From positions 8,339 through 72,338 of the forward strand of contig JAHLLH010000014.1 in assembly GCA_020444265.1 (NCBI GenBank): a stretch of DNA of 64,000 bases. The letters are read 5' to 3'. This document shows positions 8,937 through 18,410 of the stretch, in pieces; the stretch's first letter is position 1; each line of letters starts with the position of its first letter. The notes under the pieces are model-generated. The model made no database searches. It was not told where the DNA came from and saw only the letters and a program-made list of their open reading frames with translations. A program made the translations under genes and the position numbers. This DNA comes from a bacterium. Its GTDB lineage: Bacteria; Electryoneota; Electryoneia; Electryoneales; Electryoneaceae.

Positions 8937-9052
8937 CGTTAGTTCCAGACAGTCTCGAATTTTGCAACGAGTGCAGACTCATCTACCTCTCGCCAGCATC
9001 CAGCTCTTTCTATCTATCAACCTCGGAGACTGTCTGGAATAACGTCCACCCC
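8937..9052. repeat. MITE-like element, copy 1: about 110 bp bounded by inverted CCAGACAGTCTC cores (GTTAGTTCCAGACAGTCTCGAA ... GAGACTGTCTGGAATAAC)
   Basis: Terminal inverted repeats read directly. The outer arm matches the outer arm of copy 2 over 22 bp and the inner arm over 17 bp. Confidence 0.5.
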
Positions 9053-9508
9053 CATATCAAAATGCAGCACCTCTTGCCGGACCCCCAGTTTGGTGTAGAG
9101 GGCGATGGAGGGAGGGTCGTCGGAGTCGGCTTGGACGAAGATCACCCAGGCGCCGCGCTCCTGTGCGATTCCTTTCAGATGCTCGATCAAGGCGGTGGCG
9201 ATGGAGCTTGTCCGGTGTTATTCCAGACAGTCTCTGAGGTTCACCGAGGGAAGAACTCGTCACCTCAACGCACCGTTTGATGGCAGGACGAATGCTCGTC
9301 TTTCGAGACTGTCTGGAACTAACACCTGCCCCTCATGCGCGACCCGCGGGATGAAGGTGGAGCTGGCGAGCAGGGTGCGCAGGTAGCTGTCCGAAGGACG
9401 GTTCCCGCTGTAGGTGTCGGGGTCGTCGAAGGCCGCGGCGAAGCAGGATAGCAGAGCGTGCATCAAGTCGAGCTCATCGGGGCCGGGTTGGGTGATCTGG
9501 TAGGGCAT
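9050..9508 (-). pseudogene. AAC(3)-I-like GNAT N-acetyltransferase, interrupted by in-frame stops inside a repeat-bounded segment
   Basis: N-terminal part MPYQITQPGPDELDLMHALLSCFAAAFDDPDTYSGNRPSDSYLRTLLASSTFIP..AHEGQV and C-terminal part [58 protein letters not shown] together match the gentamicin-acetyltransferase AAC(3)-I-type GNAT fold. The two parts are in the same frame but separated by the 9218-9325 segment, which carries two stop codons. Confidence 0.6.
9218..9325. repeat. MITE-like element, copy 2 (GTTATTCCAGACAGTCTC ... GAGACTGTCTGGAACTAAC), lying inside the GNAT reading frame
   Basis: Same inverted-repeat termini as copy 1 but in mirrored order. Its internal sequence differs from copy 1. 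Confidence 0.5.
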
Positions 9509-9659
9509 GAGGATGCCCTTTGAATGGGGGGGCGTCAGATCTACGCTGTGCTAAAGACGTGACGGAACTTGAAAAAGGTACATCGGATAAGGGTGTCCGA
9601 TCCGTGATCGGACGATTTTATAGATGAATTGACTCGACTTGGCAAGCAAGTCGGGCCAC

Positions 9660-10055
9660 CCAGCCGTTGTCGAGTGTAGGCCGGATTCTTGAATCCGGCG
9701 AGGATGGGCAACGCCCATCGACCGCGTCGCGCCGTTGGCGCGAAGGGGTAAGATCTGATCGCCGGATTCAAGAATCCGGCCTACGTTTTACAAAAACCCA
9801 TCTTGCAAGCCAAGCCGGGGCACGTCCGCCCGTGGCCTGGGTGCTTGTCCCGTCATAGCCTCTGCGACGGCGGACCCCATCACCCAGGCGTGCACAGCAG
9901 CACAGAACCACCGGACCAACCTACTGCTGGTGGACAAACAGAATAGACCCGGCCCGCTAGGGCGAGCCGTGGCAAGCCCAGGCCGCAGGCCCGGGCCACG
10001 CACAACCATCCTGCCAGGCAAAAGAAACCCGGGCAACAAGATTGCCCGGGCCAGT
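9660..10055. repeat. cluster of hairpin repeats: CCGGATTCAAGAATCCGG (twice), CCGGCTTGCAAGCCAAGCCGGGGCAC, the family-E core, and the terminator hairpin AAACCCGGGCAACAAGATTGCCCGGGC (10025-10053)
   Basis: Each motif is an inverted repeat and recurs elsewhere in the window (24190-24230, 44612-44640, 49574-49608, 57800-57925, 60688-60730). Confidence 0.45.
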
Positions 10056-10118
10056 AATGGATAGCCAACTGGATACGATGAAACCCGGGGATGAAGCCCC
10101 GGGCCACCCGGAAACGGA

Positions 10119-12398
10119 TTACTTCTTCATCGCCATCTGCTGGACACAGCCAATGGCCGCGGTCGAGACAATCGCTTCGACATCGGCATCGTTGGAGAGC
10201 ACCTGCATTGGCAGGTCGAGGCCAGTGAGGATCGGGCCGATGGTGGTCGCGCCGCCGAGCTCTTTCATCAGACGGAAGGCGATGTTTGCCGAATTCAGAT
10301 CGGGGAAGAGCAGGCAGTTGGCGCCGCCGGTCAGGCTGGTGAAAGGAGATTCTTCCTTCATCAGCGAGTAGTTCACCGCCGCATCTCCCTGCATTTCACC
10401 TTCCACTTCCCAATCCGGATGCTTCGCTTTCAGCATCTCGGCTGCGGTACGCATTTTCACCGTCGTCGGATGTTTCACACTGCCGAAGTGGCTGAAGGAG
10501 AGCATGCCGATCCGTGGCGTGAAACCGAAGTCCTTGACCATCGCGTGCAGGTCTTCGCCAATCGTCACCAACTGCTCCGCCGTCGGATCGATGTTCATCG
10601 CCGTATCCGCGAAGAAGTAGTGCTGGTTGTTGACGATGACCATATGGACGCCGGCGACCACCTTACCGACACGACGTTCGCCCATGACACTCAACATCGG
10701 CCGGACCACGGTCGGGTAGTGACGGGTTTGCGCGGAGATGTAGACATCGGCATCCCCTTCGAGCACCATCATTGGGCCAAAGTAGAAGCGTGACTTCATC
10801 AAGCGCAGTGACTCGGCACGATCCACGCCTTTCCGTTGACGGTTCTGGTAGTACTTCTCGCTGTAGTTTTCCAGACGGCTGTCTGTTGCCGGGTCAACGA
10901 CTTCGTAATCCTTCAGATGCAGTTCGAGATCCTTGATCTTCGCGGCGATCTCGTCCTCGTTGCCCAGGAGCACCGGGGTGCCAATGCCTTCATCGGCGAT
11001 GATCTGGCTTGCACGCAGCACCTTCTCGCCGCTGCCTTCCGCGAAGACAATCCGGCTTGGCTGGGTCTTGGCGACCTGGACCAGGCGACGGACAATACGC
11101 TTCTCCGCCCCGAGCAGTTCTTCGAGATGGTCGCGATACCCATCCCAGTCGGTAATCTCGATACGTGCGACACCGGTATCAACCGCCGCCTTCGCGACCG
11201 CGAGGGCTTCCCAGGTCAAGACACGGGGATCGAAAGGCTTCGGGATGAGGTATTCACGGCCGTAGTGCAAACGGTCGACATTGTAGGCACGCAGCACCTG
11301 GTCCGGAACATCTTCTTTCGCCAGTTCGGCGAGGGCATGCGCAGCGGCGACCTTCATCTCTTCGTTGATCGCGGTCGCACGTACATCGAGTGCACCACGG
11401 AAGATGAAAGGGAAACCGAGGACATTGTTCACCTGGTTCGGGTAGTCGCTGCGACCAGTCGCCATGATGACATCGGGACGTGCCGCGATGGCATCGGGAT
11501 AGGTGATTTCCGGGTCAGGATTGGCCATCGCGAAGATGATCGGGTCCTTCGCCATCGACTTGACCATCTCCTGGGTCACAACATTGGCCACCGAAACACC
11601 AGCGAACATGTCGGCACCGTCCATCGCGTCCGCCAGGGTCCGCTTGTCGGTATCGGCCGCGAAGTAGGCTTTGTACTTGTTGTACTTCGGGTGGCCTTCC
11701 TGCAGGTCTTCACGTTCCTTGTAGAGCACGCCTTTGCTGTCGCACATCAGGATGTTCTCGTGCGACGCGCCCAGCGACTCATAGAACTTCGCACAGGCAA
11801 TCCCCGCCGCCCCGGCACCGTTCATCACAATCTTCAGCTTGGAAATGTCTTTGCCAATCAGGTCGCAGGCATTGACCAGTGCCGCGCCGCTGATGATCGC
11901 GGTGCCATGCTGATCGTCATGGAAGACCGGGATGTTCAAGCGCTCTTTGAGCGTCTCTTCGATGTAGAAGCACTCGGGTGCTTTGATGTCTTCGAGGTTG
12001 ATGCCGCCGAAGGTCGGCTCGAGCATCTCGCAGGCACGGATAATTTCATCGGCATCGTGCGTTTCCAGCTCGATATCGAAGACATCCACCTTGGCGAAAC
12101 GGTTGAAGAGGACGCCCTTGCCCTCCATCACCGGCTTGCCAGCCATCGCGCCAATGTCACCAAGTCCGAGGACTGCGGTACCGTTGGAGACAACTGCAAC
12201 AAGGTTACCCTTCGAGGTGTACTTGTAGGCATCCTCGGGGTTGTCTGCGATCTTCAGGCAGGGAACCGCCACACCTGGCGTGTAGGCCAGGGAGAGGTCA
12301 CGCTGGGTAAAACAAGGTTTTGTCGGGACTACTTTCACCTTACCTGGGGTTGGCTCGGAATGGTAGGCGAGCGCTTCCTGATCGTATGCCATCGTCAA
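10119..12398 (-). CDS. maeB: NADP-dependent malic enzyme (malic-enzyme domain plus C-terminal phosphotransacetylase-like domain)
   Basis: 759-aa two-domain architecture. The N-terminus ([60 protein letters not shown]) is characteristic of MaeB. Confidence 0.9.
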   Translation of the reverse strand: MTMAYDQEALAYHSEPTPGKVKVVPTKPCFTQRDLSLAYTPGVAVPCLKIADNPEDAYKYTSKGNLVAVVSNGTAVLGLGDIGAMAGKPVMEGKGVLFNRFAKVDVFDIELETHDADEIIRACEMLEPTFGGINLEDIKAPECFYIEETLKERLNIPVFHDDQHGTAIISGAALVNACDLIGKDISKLKIVMNGAGAAGIACAKFYESLGASHENILMCDSKGVLYKEREDLQEGHPKYNKYKAYFAADTDKRTLADAMDGADMFAGVSVANVVTQEMVKSMAKDPIIFAMANPDPEITYPDAIAARPDVIMATGRSDYPNQVNNVLGFPFIFRGALDVRATAINEEMKVAAAHALAELAKEDVPDQVLRAYNVDRLHYGREYLIPKPFDPRVLTWEALAVAKAAVDTGVARIEITDWDGYRDHLEELLGAEKRIVRRLVQVAKTQPSRIVFAEGSGEKVLRASQIIADEGIGTPVLLGNEDEIAAKIKDLELHLKDYEVVDPATDSRLENYSEKYYQNRQRKGVDRAESLRLMKSRFYFGPMMVLEGDADVYISAQTRHYPTVVRPMLSVMGERRVGKVVAGVHMVIVNNQHYFFADTAMNIDPTAEQLVTIGEDLHAMVKDFGFTPRIGMLSFSHFGSVKHPTTVKMRTAAEMLKAKHPDWEVEGEMQGDAAVNYSLMKEESPFTSLTGGANCLLFPDLNSANIAFRLMKELGGATTIGPILTGLDLPMQVLSNDADVEAIVSTAAIGCVQQMAMKK

Positions 12399-12679
12399 AC
12401 TCCTGAATAACGTGTGAAAAAGATTAAAACACGATCGGAGGGGTAGTGCGGGGGGCCGACGCTAAGCCTTCATCGTGATACATTCATCAATATACAAACC
12501 CTGTTTGACAGTCCCGATGGTAGCCTCTCCTATCTCTACGCGCAGATTATGGGCGGATCACCGTTCATAGCCAAGAGGTTCCACGATCTCAGGGGAATAC
12601 CTACCACCGCTTGCAGGACGAGTCCACACGGCACCATACTTCTGCGCCCCAAGCCAGTTTCCCCTAACCGGAGTACCTC

Positions 12680-13306
12680 ATGCTGCGCATCAACCTGTCG
12701 AAACAGGGTCAGGGAACAGGAACCTGGATCGCAACCGTTGCGATCGAACTGGTCCTGTTGGTCATCAGTATCCTGCTTGCGCTCAGTGTCAACAACTGGC
12801 GAGAGGATGCGAACAACCGTGATCTGGTCGCCTCCGCGTTGACAAGCATCCAGACCCAGATCGAGGAAAATCGTGACTCCACCGCTGTCATCCTGGAGGA
12901 GCATGAAGCCCTGCTTGATACGATTCAGAAAACGAAATACGGTCCGGAGTACCAGGGTAAATCCGCCCTGCAGGTGTTTGTCGAGCAAATGGGCGACGAT
13001 GGATTGGAGCTGACCATTCCGCTTCAATCCGCCTACAATACCGCTATTGCCAGCGGGGCCATGCGCTACATGGACTACCAGACAGCGAGCATGCTCGCCG
13101 GCCTGCATTCGATGGAAACAAACGGGGTCATTGTCGCGACCAGACGGCTGCAGGAAAATTTTCTCACAGCTGCCATGATCGACAGCTCCCAGGCACAGCT
13201 TCAGTTGCAACTGCTGACCATGTACCTTACGGACATTGTCTTTCAGGAACGTGCGATCATTGAGGAATACGACCGGGTTCTTGCTCGCATGGAGGGGACG
13301 GAGTGA
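12680..13306 (+). CDS. hypothetical membrane-anchored protein (single N-terminal transmembrane helix)
   Basis: Transmembrane segment IATVAIELVLLVISILLALSV. Its stop overlaps the GTG start of the downstream gene (GTGA), which I read as translational coupling. I prefer it to the overlapping antisense ORF 12536..13324. Confidence 0.5.
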   Translation: MLRINLSKQGQGTGTWIATVAIELVLLVISILLALSVNNWREDANNRDLVASALTSIQTQIEENRDSTAVILEEHEALLDTIQKTKYGPEYQGKSALQVFVEQMGDDGLELTIPLQSAYNTAIASGAMRYMDYQTASMLAGLHSMETNGVIVATRRLQENFLTAAMIDSSQAQLQLQLLTMYLTDIVFQERAIIEEYDRVLARMEGTE

Positions 13307-13887
13307 TCCGGGATGGCGACCCACTGATCATCGTCTCCGGCTTGCCACGCAGTGGCACGTCGCTGATGATGCAGATGCTTGCTGCGGGAGGGGTTCAAGT
13401 GGTCAAGGATAACCACCGGATTGCGGACGCGAACAACCCGCGTGGGTACCTCGAGGATAAACGAGTACGGAGTCTGCATCTCGATACAAGTTGGCTGGGG
13501 GAAGCGCGGGGGAAAGCGTTGAAAGTGGTCTCCCCGCTTTTGCACCTTCTGCCGGAGCAGTATCTCTATCGTATCCTCTTCATGGAACGTCCCCTCCCGG
13601 AAATCCTTCAGAGCCAACGTACCATGCTGCATCGAATAGGCCGTCCCGATGATACCCTCGATCTCGGCGACAAGTACCATCTTCACCTCAAGAAGCTGCT
13701 TCCCTGGATCGAAGAGCAGCCAAACATGGAGCTGCTACGCATCTCCTACCCCGAGCTGGTGGAGCGGACCAAGCCGGTGCTGGACGAGGTGAGCCGTTTC
13801 CTGGCGTTCCCGCTCGACCTCGTAGCCATGAAAGAGAGCGTCCGGAAAGAGCTCTACCGGAGTCGGGGAAAAACCAGCCGTATCTGA
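13303..13887 (+). CDS. sulfotransferase-family protein (P-loop PAPS-binding motif)
   Basis: IIVSGLPRSGTSLMMQMLAAGG resembles the 5'-PSB motif of sulfotransferases. Confidence 0.55.
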   Translation: MIRDGDPLIIVSGLPRSGTSLMMQMLAAGGVQVVKDNHRIADANNPRGYLEDKRVRSLHLDTSWLGEARGKALKVVSPLLHLLPEQYLYRILFMERPLPEILQSQRTMLHRIGRPDDTLDLGDKYHLHLKKLLPWIEEQPNMELLRISYPELVERTKPVLDEVSRFLAFPLDLVAMKESVRKELYRSRGKTSRI

Positions 13888-13984
13888 TCCCCGATTTGTC
13901 TCCCGAGTGTGGCAAACGCCAAATTATGTGCCCATCTTAGGGCAAGGATGACATGACAGGTCGGTAACTGAATTTGAGTCGCAC

Positions 13985-14875
13985 ATGAGCATTTCGTCAC
14001 CGGTTGATGCTGGCTTCCAGGTTCGTCTGGAAGAGACCCAGGATTTACCTGTTCTTCCCCAGCTGTATGCACAAGCTTTGCGGATTGCATCTGACCCCGA
14101 AGGCGACATCCAGCGACTTCAGGAAATACTTCAGCACGACCCCTCGTTAACCGCTCATATCCTGAAGATTGCCAACTCCGCCTATTATGGTTTCCCCAAC
14201 CGGATCGAATCGCTGCGCACCGCAATTGTCATGCTCGGCACCCTGGAAATCATCCGTCTGCTGACCGCCGCGTCGGCGCTTGCCGCCTTCCCACGTCAGC
14301 AGCTCTCCGCCGATTTTGACCCGATCCAGTTCTGGTACCAGAGCGCCGCCTGCGGTGAAGCCGCCGCCTTTCTCCGTCGCAAGCTGAACCTGCAACTGTC
14401 CGGAGATGTCTACACCGGTGGCCTGCTGCATGATATTGGTAAAATTCTGCTGGCAGCACGTTTCCAGGTCGAGTACGATCTCTGCCTGAGGTATGCCCGT
14501 CAACAGGACATCCCGTTACACATCGCCGAACAACGAATCCTTGGCATTGACCACGCCTCCATTGGCGGCCTGCTCGCCCTGCGCTGGGACCTCCCGGTGG
14601 CGCTGGTCGCGATGATTACTCACCACATGACCCCGGAAAAAGAATCCTATTATCCAGTCGAAGTCTCTCTCGTACATTTGGGAAATCGGATTGCGAAGCG
14701 GTTTGGGGAGACGGAGTCGGACAGTCATCCGATCCCGCTCGAAGAGGACCCCGCATGGAAGGTGATCGCCGGGCAACGGTGGCCGGATGCGATTGATGTA
14801 CCGGGTTTGATCGAGGCGAGCAAAGTTGAAGTGGAGCGGTCCGCCGAGATGATGAAGTCCCTGCTGTCGGACTGA
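13985..14875 (+). CDS. HDOD-domain signalling protein
   Basis: HILKIANSAYYGFPNRIESLRTAIVMLGTLEI...GGLLHDIGKILL matches the HDOD pattern. Confidence 0.75.
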   Translation: MSISSPVDAGFQVRLEETQDLPVLPQLYAQALRIASDPEGDIQRLQEILQHDPSLTAHILKIANSAYYGFPNRIESLRTAIVMLGTLEIIRLLTAASALAAFPRQQLSADFDPIQFWYQSAACGEAAAFLRRKLNLQLSGDVYTGGLLHDIGKILLAARFQVEYDLCLRYARQQDIPLHIAEQRILGIDHASIGGLLALRWDLPVALVAMITHHMTPEKESYYPVEVSLVHLGNRIAKRFGETESDSHPIPLEEDPAWKVIAGQRWPDAIDVPGLIEASKVEVERSAEMMKSLLSD

Positions 14876-14885
14876 CCTGCCTGAT

Positions 14886-16181
14886 TTATTTCACGTAGAC
14901 AAGTGGATGGACGATGGTGGTCCCCTCGTGGGACACCCGTACGTGGTAGCGCGCACTCGCAGCCTGTTCGGGTTGCCAGCTCAGCACCATCTCTCCCGGT
15001 TTCACCTTCCCCTCGAAGAGGGTCGCCACCCGTCGCCCGAGTAGATCAAACACCTCGACACGCATGCTTCCCGTTTTCTGAATCGAGAGGGTAAGCCGTG
15101 TGCTGGCATTAAACGGGTTCGGGGCCGCATGAACGAGCACCGGGCTTTCCGGCAGTTCGATGATCCGTTCCGGCTCAACCGCATTCGCCGTCCCGAAGGC
15201 GACGTTGATCATCTCCGCCACATGCAGCCAGCTGTCGATGTTGTCACGCAAGCCATCATAGGATTGCTCCATGTGGATGAACTGGCCGGTGGAGCGATCC
15301 GGATTGAGATCGCAGGCATCGCTGCTGCCGTTGATCAGGCGGCCCTGGGTGTTGGTAAAACCGACAAATCGTTCCCACGCGGGATCGATGTGCGCCGTTT
15401 TGAAGGTAAGAGTGTCGTCCTGGGCGATGAAGCTGTCCCGCACGTGACGGACCCAATCAAAGCCGCTGGGTGTGTAAGGGGTGCCGTTGCTCAGGATGAT
15501 GTGCGGGTCCCCATCCAGACGGCTGAAGCCGTGTAGCTGCAGGAAGACCATGCCGGGGTTAAAATCGAGCATCTCGAGGGTTGCCCCTTGCAAGGGGCCA
15601 TCGGCCGCATGAGCCTGGTCCGACTCACGGAACGGTTCCTCTTCCCCGCTACAGACCGAGGTCACCCCATCGCAGGGGCTGGCGTAGGGGCTTGAGCAAC
15701 GATGGGTGCCATTGATGTACAAGGCAGTTGCACCCGATGGCGCAAAGGCATGGATCGCCTGCGGACCGGTACGGAAATCGTACAGCGCGTGCGGGGCCTG
15801 GAGCATCAGGTAGGGATAGGGCGGATCATTGCGAAGCGCAAAGACTCCCCAGGGCATCGCTTCGGCGTCCGGGTCCCGTTCGAGCAAGACATAGATCGCG
15901 TCCCCATCGGTAATCGTGACCACCATGTAGCCAAAGATCGATGCCATCGACTCCGCGTTTACCAGGTCCCCATCGAGCAGGGAGGCGATACACTCACGCC
16001 AGGCGATCTGCTGCACCTCGCTCCCGGGGGTGTAGACGGTGTCGTTGGGTTGATCGGGGAACTCGGCAAAGAGCTGTTCGAGATGGATTTCGATCATCTC
16101 CGCGCGAGCGGAGACCGTCCCGAACCCGAGGGTGATCAACAGGGCGATGAGGGGGAGGATTCGTAGTCGCAGCGGAATCAT
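14886..16181 (-). CDS. secreted protein with a T9SS (Por) C-terminal sorting domain; function of the N-terminal region unknown
   Basis: Signal peptide, then a C-terminus NPFNASTRLTLSI...VEVFDLLGRRVATLFEGKV... typical of type-A T9SS sorting domains. Confidence 0.7.
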   Translation of the reverse strand: MIPLRLRILPLIALLITLGFGTVSARAEMIEIHLEQLFAEFPDQPNDTVYTPGSEVQQIAWRECIASLLDGDLVNAESMASIFGYMVVTITDGDAIYVLLERDPDAEAMPWGVFALRNDPPYPYLMLQAPHALYDFRTGPQAIHAFAPSGATALYINGTHRCSSPYASPCDGVTSVCSGEEEPFRESDQAHAADGPLQGATLEMLDFNPGMVFLQLHGFSRLDGDPHIILSNGTPYTPSGFDWVRHVRDSFIAQDDTLTFKTAHIDPAWERFVGFTNTQGRLINGSSDACDLNPDRSTGQFIHMEQSYDGLRDNIDSWLHVAEMINVAFGTANAVEPERIIELPESPVLVHAAPNPFNASTRLTLSIQKTGSMRVEVFDLLGRRVATLFEGKVKPGEMVLSWQPEQAASARYHVRVSHEGTTIVHPLVYVK

Positions 16182-16431
16182 TGTCTCGTTTGGAACCGTC
16201 CGTTTAACGCGTCAGACCAAAGATGTATTGGCGCATGGTTAACCTCAAAGTAGGCCACTCGAACTCCGTGCGCTACCATGCGATACCCCCACAGGCAGGA
16301 CGTGGAGACGGCGTTTCGCTCCGAGAACCACCAGGACCTCCATGCGGGACCGACCTGGGGCCCACGCATTGCCCGTCCCCTTCTCCGATCCTATATTGAG
16401 GCCCGGAAAGCGTTTGCCCGCTTCCAGGACC

Positions 16432-16514
16432 GGAGGATTAGCCTAATTGGTAAGGCAGCAGTCTTGAAAACTGCCGGGTTAACGCCCTTGGGGGTTCGAG
16501 TCCCTCATCCTCCG
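16432..16514 (+). tRNA. tRNA-Ser (anticodon UGA)
   Basis: GGAGGAT acceptor stem pairs with ATCCTCC, plus a G discriminator. Anticodon stem-loop is GCAGT-CTTGAAA-ACTGC, with a long variable arm and a T-arm GGGGGTTCGAGTCCCTC. CCA is not cleanly encoded (the gene is followed by CACCA). Confidence 0.8.
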
Positions 16515-16525
16515 CACCATCTGAA

Positions 16526-16558
16526 CCGGATAGCTGGATAACCTGGCTATCCGGTTTT
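16526..16558 (+). terminator. rho-independent terminator hairpin after the tRNA (CCGGATAGC...GCTATCCGG then TTTT)
   Basis: Stem-loop followed by a T-run, read from the sequence. Confidence 0.5.
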
Positions 16559-16634
16559 CCACTCTGGCTCACGACGAGAGCACCCCTGTCCGGGTGATGT
16601 TGCATTGCGGGTTAGTAGAGCCTACCATTTCGAG

Positions 16635-17105
16635 ATGGGATGGTATACTGAACTGAACTGGACCGCGAAGGTCACACGACTGGGGTTGATCCTTGTGATC
16701 ATCGCCATTTCTGTCGTGTTCCCGGCGTTTCATACCCATGCCGGGGAGGATTTGTTCGACCTTCCTGGAGAGATCCCTCAACACGAGCACCATCAGGCCC
16801 CCGTGGACCCGGACCATCATGGGCATGATCATGACCACCATCATCACCAAGCGGCTGATCCTCTTCCATCCAACCACACTCATTCACATCCCGATCATTA
16901 CCATCAGCAGGTTGATTTTGAGCTGACCCGGATTTTGACCGGGAGCACGCACCTTTCCTCTCCGTTGCTGACCCTTGTCGGCCGGGTGACGATTCCTTCG
17001 GATACACGCCCCAGGCATTCTCTGAGAGCGGTCCTGTCTAACGAACTGACTCCCCGTCAGGTTGATCGGGACAGCTTCGCGTCCCGTGCCCCGCCCCTCT
17101 CCTGA
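16635..17105 (+). CDS. small His-rich membrane-anchored protein, a putative metal-binding accessory of czc cluster 1
   Basis: Transmembrane helix (LGLILVIIAISVVF) followed by HEHHQAPVDPDHHGHDHDHHHHQ...HTHSHPDHYHQ. Its C-terminal part is similar to the small protein of cluster 2 (39418..39939). Confidence 0.55.
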   Translation: MGWYTELNWTAKVTRLGLILVIIAISVVFPAFHTHAGEDLFDLPGEIPQHEHHQAPVDPDHHGHDHDHHHHQAADPLPSNHTHSHPDHYHQQVDFELTRILTGSTHLSSPLLTLVGRVTIPSDTRPRHSLRAVLSNELTPRQVDRDSFASRAPPLS

Positions 17106-17172
17106 AGTACCCCTGTTTAATCGCTGTCTACACAGACATTTTCTATCGGTACTACAGGTAAGGACTGTGTTT

Positions 17173-18399
17173 ATGACTAGGTCATTAACGCGGTTGTCCC
17201 TGCTTGTCCTCCTCCTATATGTGGCAGGAACAGCAAGTTTTGCAGAGACGACACGCATCGACTTCTCGCAGCTGGATGATCTCACCCGGGAGCAGAGCCC
17301 TGAGCATCAGATCATCGAGCTGGACTATACTCGCACGCTTTCCGCGCGAGACCGTGAACTGCAATGGTCCAACCCCGCTCTCATGTTGGATCGTGAGGAT
17401 GTGGGAACCGCAGCCGAACTTCAGTTTTCTATCGGGAAAGACATCGAACTGCCCTGGGTCCGAACCCAACGTCGGGCTGGATGGAACCACACCGTCTCCG
17501 CTGCTGATCTGGATCGTCAGCAGCGAACCCGGGATCTTCTTGCTGAGGTTAAAACGGGTTACGTGCGCCTGAAACTGAACCAGGAGTACATCACCCACCT
17601 GGATCAGCTCCAGCAAACCCTTACACAGGTGCAGTCCATCGCTTCGGAAAAACGGGCTGAGGGACATCTTTCTGCGGTCGAGGAACGACTCATTCAGTTG
17701 GCAGTGATCTCCCTGAATCGAGATCGTCAGGAAGTCTTGCAAAAACAGCGTCGCACACGTGCTGACTGGATGACAAAAACCGGCTTTCACGAAAGTGACA
17801 CCCTCGAACTGGTAACACCCGTCTCTTTTGAATTGATTGACTTGAATCGCGAAGACTATGCCACCCAAACCCTGGCAAAGACCCCCGCCATCCGAGCGGG
17901 CCAGGAGCGGGAACAGGCGCTTGTAGCTCAGGTGGCAATGGCTCGAGCGAGCCTTGTCAGGTCCATCTCGGTGTACGGCGGCCTGAAACAGATTGATCCA
18001 GACTTCAACGGGTATGTCGCGGGTCTCTCCTTCCAATTACCGGTTTTGAACCAGAACAAAGCTGCCGTGCAGGGTTTTGAGGCAGAGCGAAACAGGGTCG
18101 AGATCGAAACCAGACGAACCACCCGCCGTCTATCCCTCGAAGCTGAAGGGCTGGTGCAGTCCGCCCTGGAGCTTCGCGATCAGCTTGCACCGATTGCAGA
18201 TCAGTTTGGTATGGGTGGAGAACACCTGGAACGTCTTGTCACCTCCTATGAGGAGGGCTGGATGGGACTTACGGAACTGCTCAACGCAATCCAGATCGAG
18301 ACGACCGGTTTGAGTGACTATCACTCGATGCTGGTCAGCTATTACGACACCCTGTTCAGGCTTGAAGCCTTGTCGGGGAAGACCCTGGTAAGGTTCTAA
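17173..18399 (+). CDS. TolC-family outer membrane efflux protein (CzcC/CusC-like)
   Basis: Signal peptide MTRSLTRLSLLVLLLYVAGTASFA. Coiled-coil, TolC-like composition. It sits ahead of the membrane-fusion and RND genes. Confidence 0.8.
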   Translation: MTRSLTRLSLLVLLLYVAGTASFAETTRIDFSQLDDLTREQSPEHQIIELDYTRTLSARDRELQWSNPALMLDREDVGTAAELQFSIGKDIELPWVRTQRRAGWNHTVSAADLDRQQRTRDLLAEVKTGYVRLKLNQEYITHLDQLQQTLTQVQSIASEKRAEGHLSAVEERLIQLAVISLNRDRQEVLQKQRRTRADWMTKTGFHESDTLELVTPVSFELIDLNREDYATQTLAKTPAIRAGQEREQALVAQVAMARASLVRSISVYGGLKQIDPDFNGYVAGLSFQLPVLNQNKAAVQGFEAERNRVEIETRRTTRRLSLEAEGLVQSALELRDQLAPIADQFGMGGEHLERLVTSYEEGWMGLTELLNAIQIETTGLSDYHSMLVSYYDTLFRLEALSGKTLVRF

Positions 18400-18410
18400 G
18401 GAGAAAAACG

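Noticed and set aside
10836-12410. 524-aa ORF on the plus strand
   Set aside because: Entirely antisense to the well-supported maeB gene. Low-complexity Arg/Val/Gly-rich translation typical of high-GC antisense frames.
12536-13324. 262-aa minus-strand ORF
   Set aside because: Overlaps the plus-strand pair 12680..13306 and 13303..13887, which show translational coupling and a transmembrane helix. The minus frame has no protein-like features.
16515-16519. Encoded CCA end for tRNA-Ser
   Set aside because: The sequence after the discriminator is CACCA rather than CCA. I treat the CCA as not genomically encoded rather than calling the tRNA a pseudogene.
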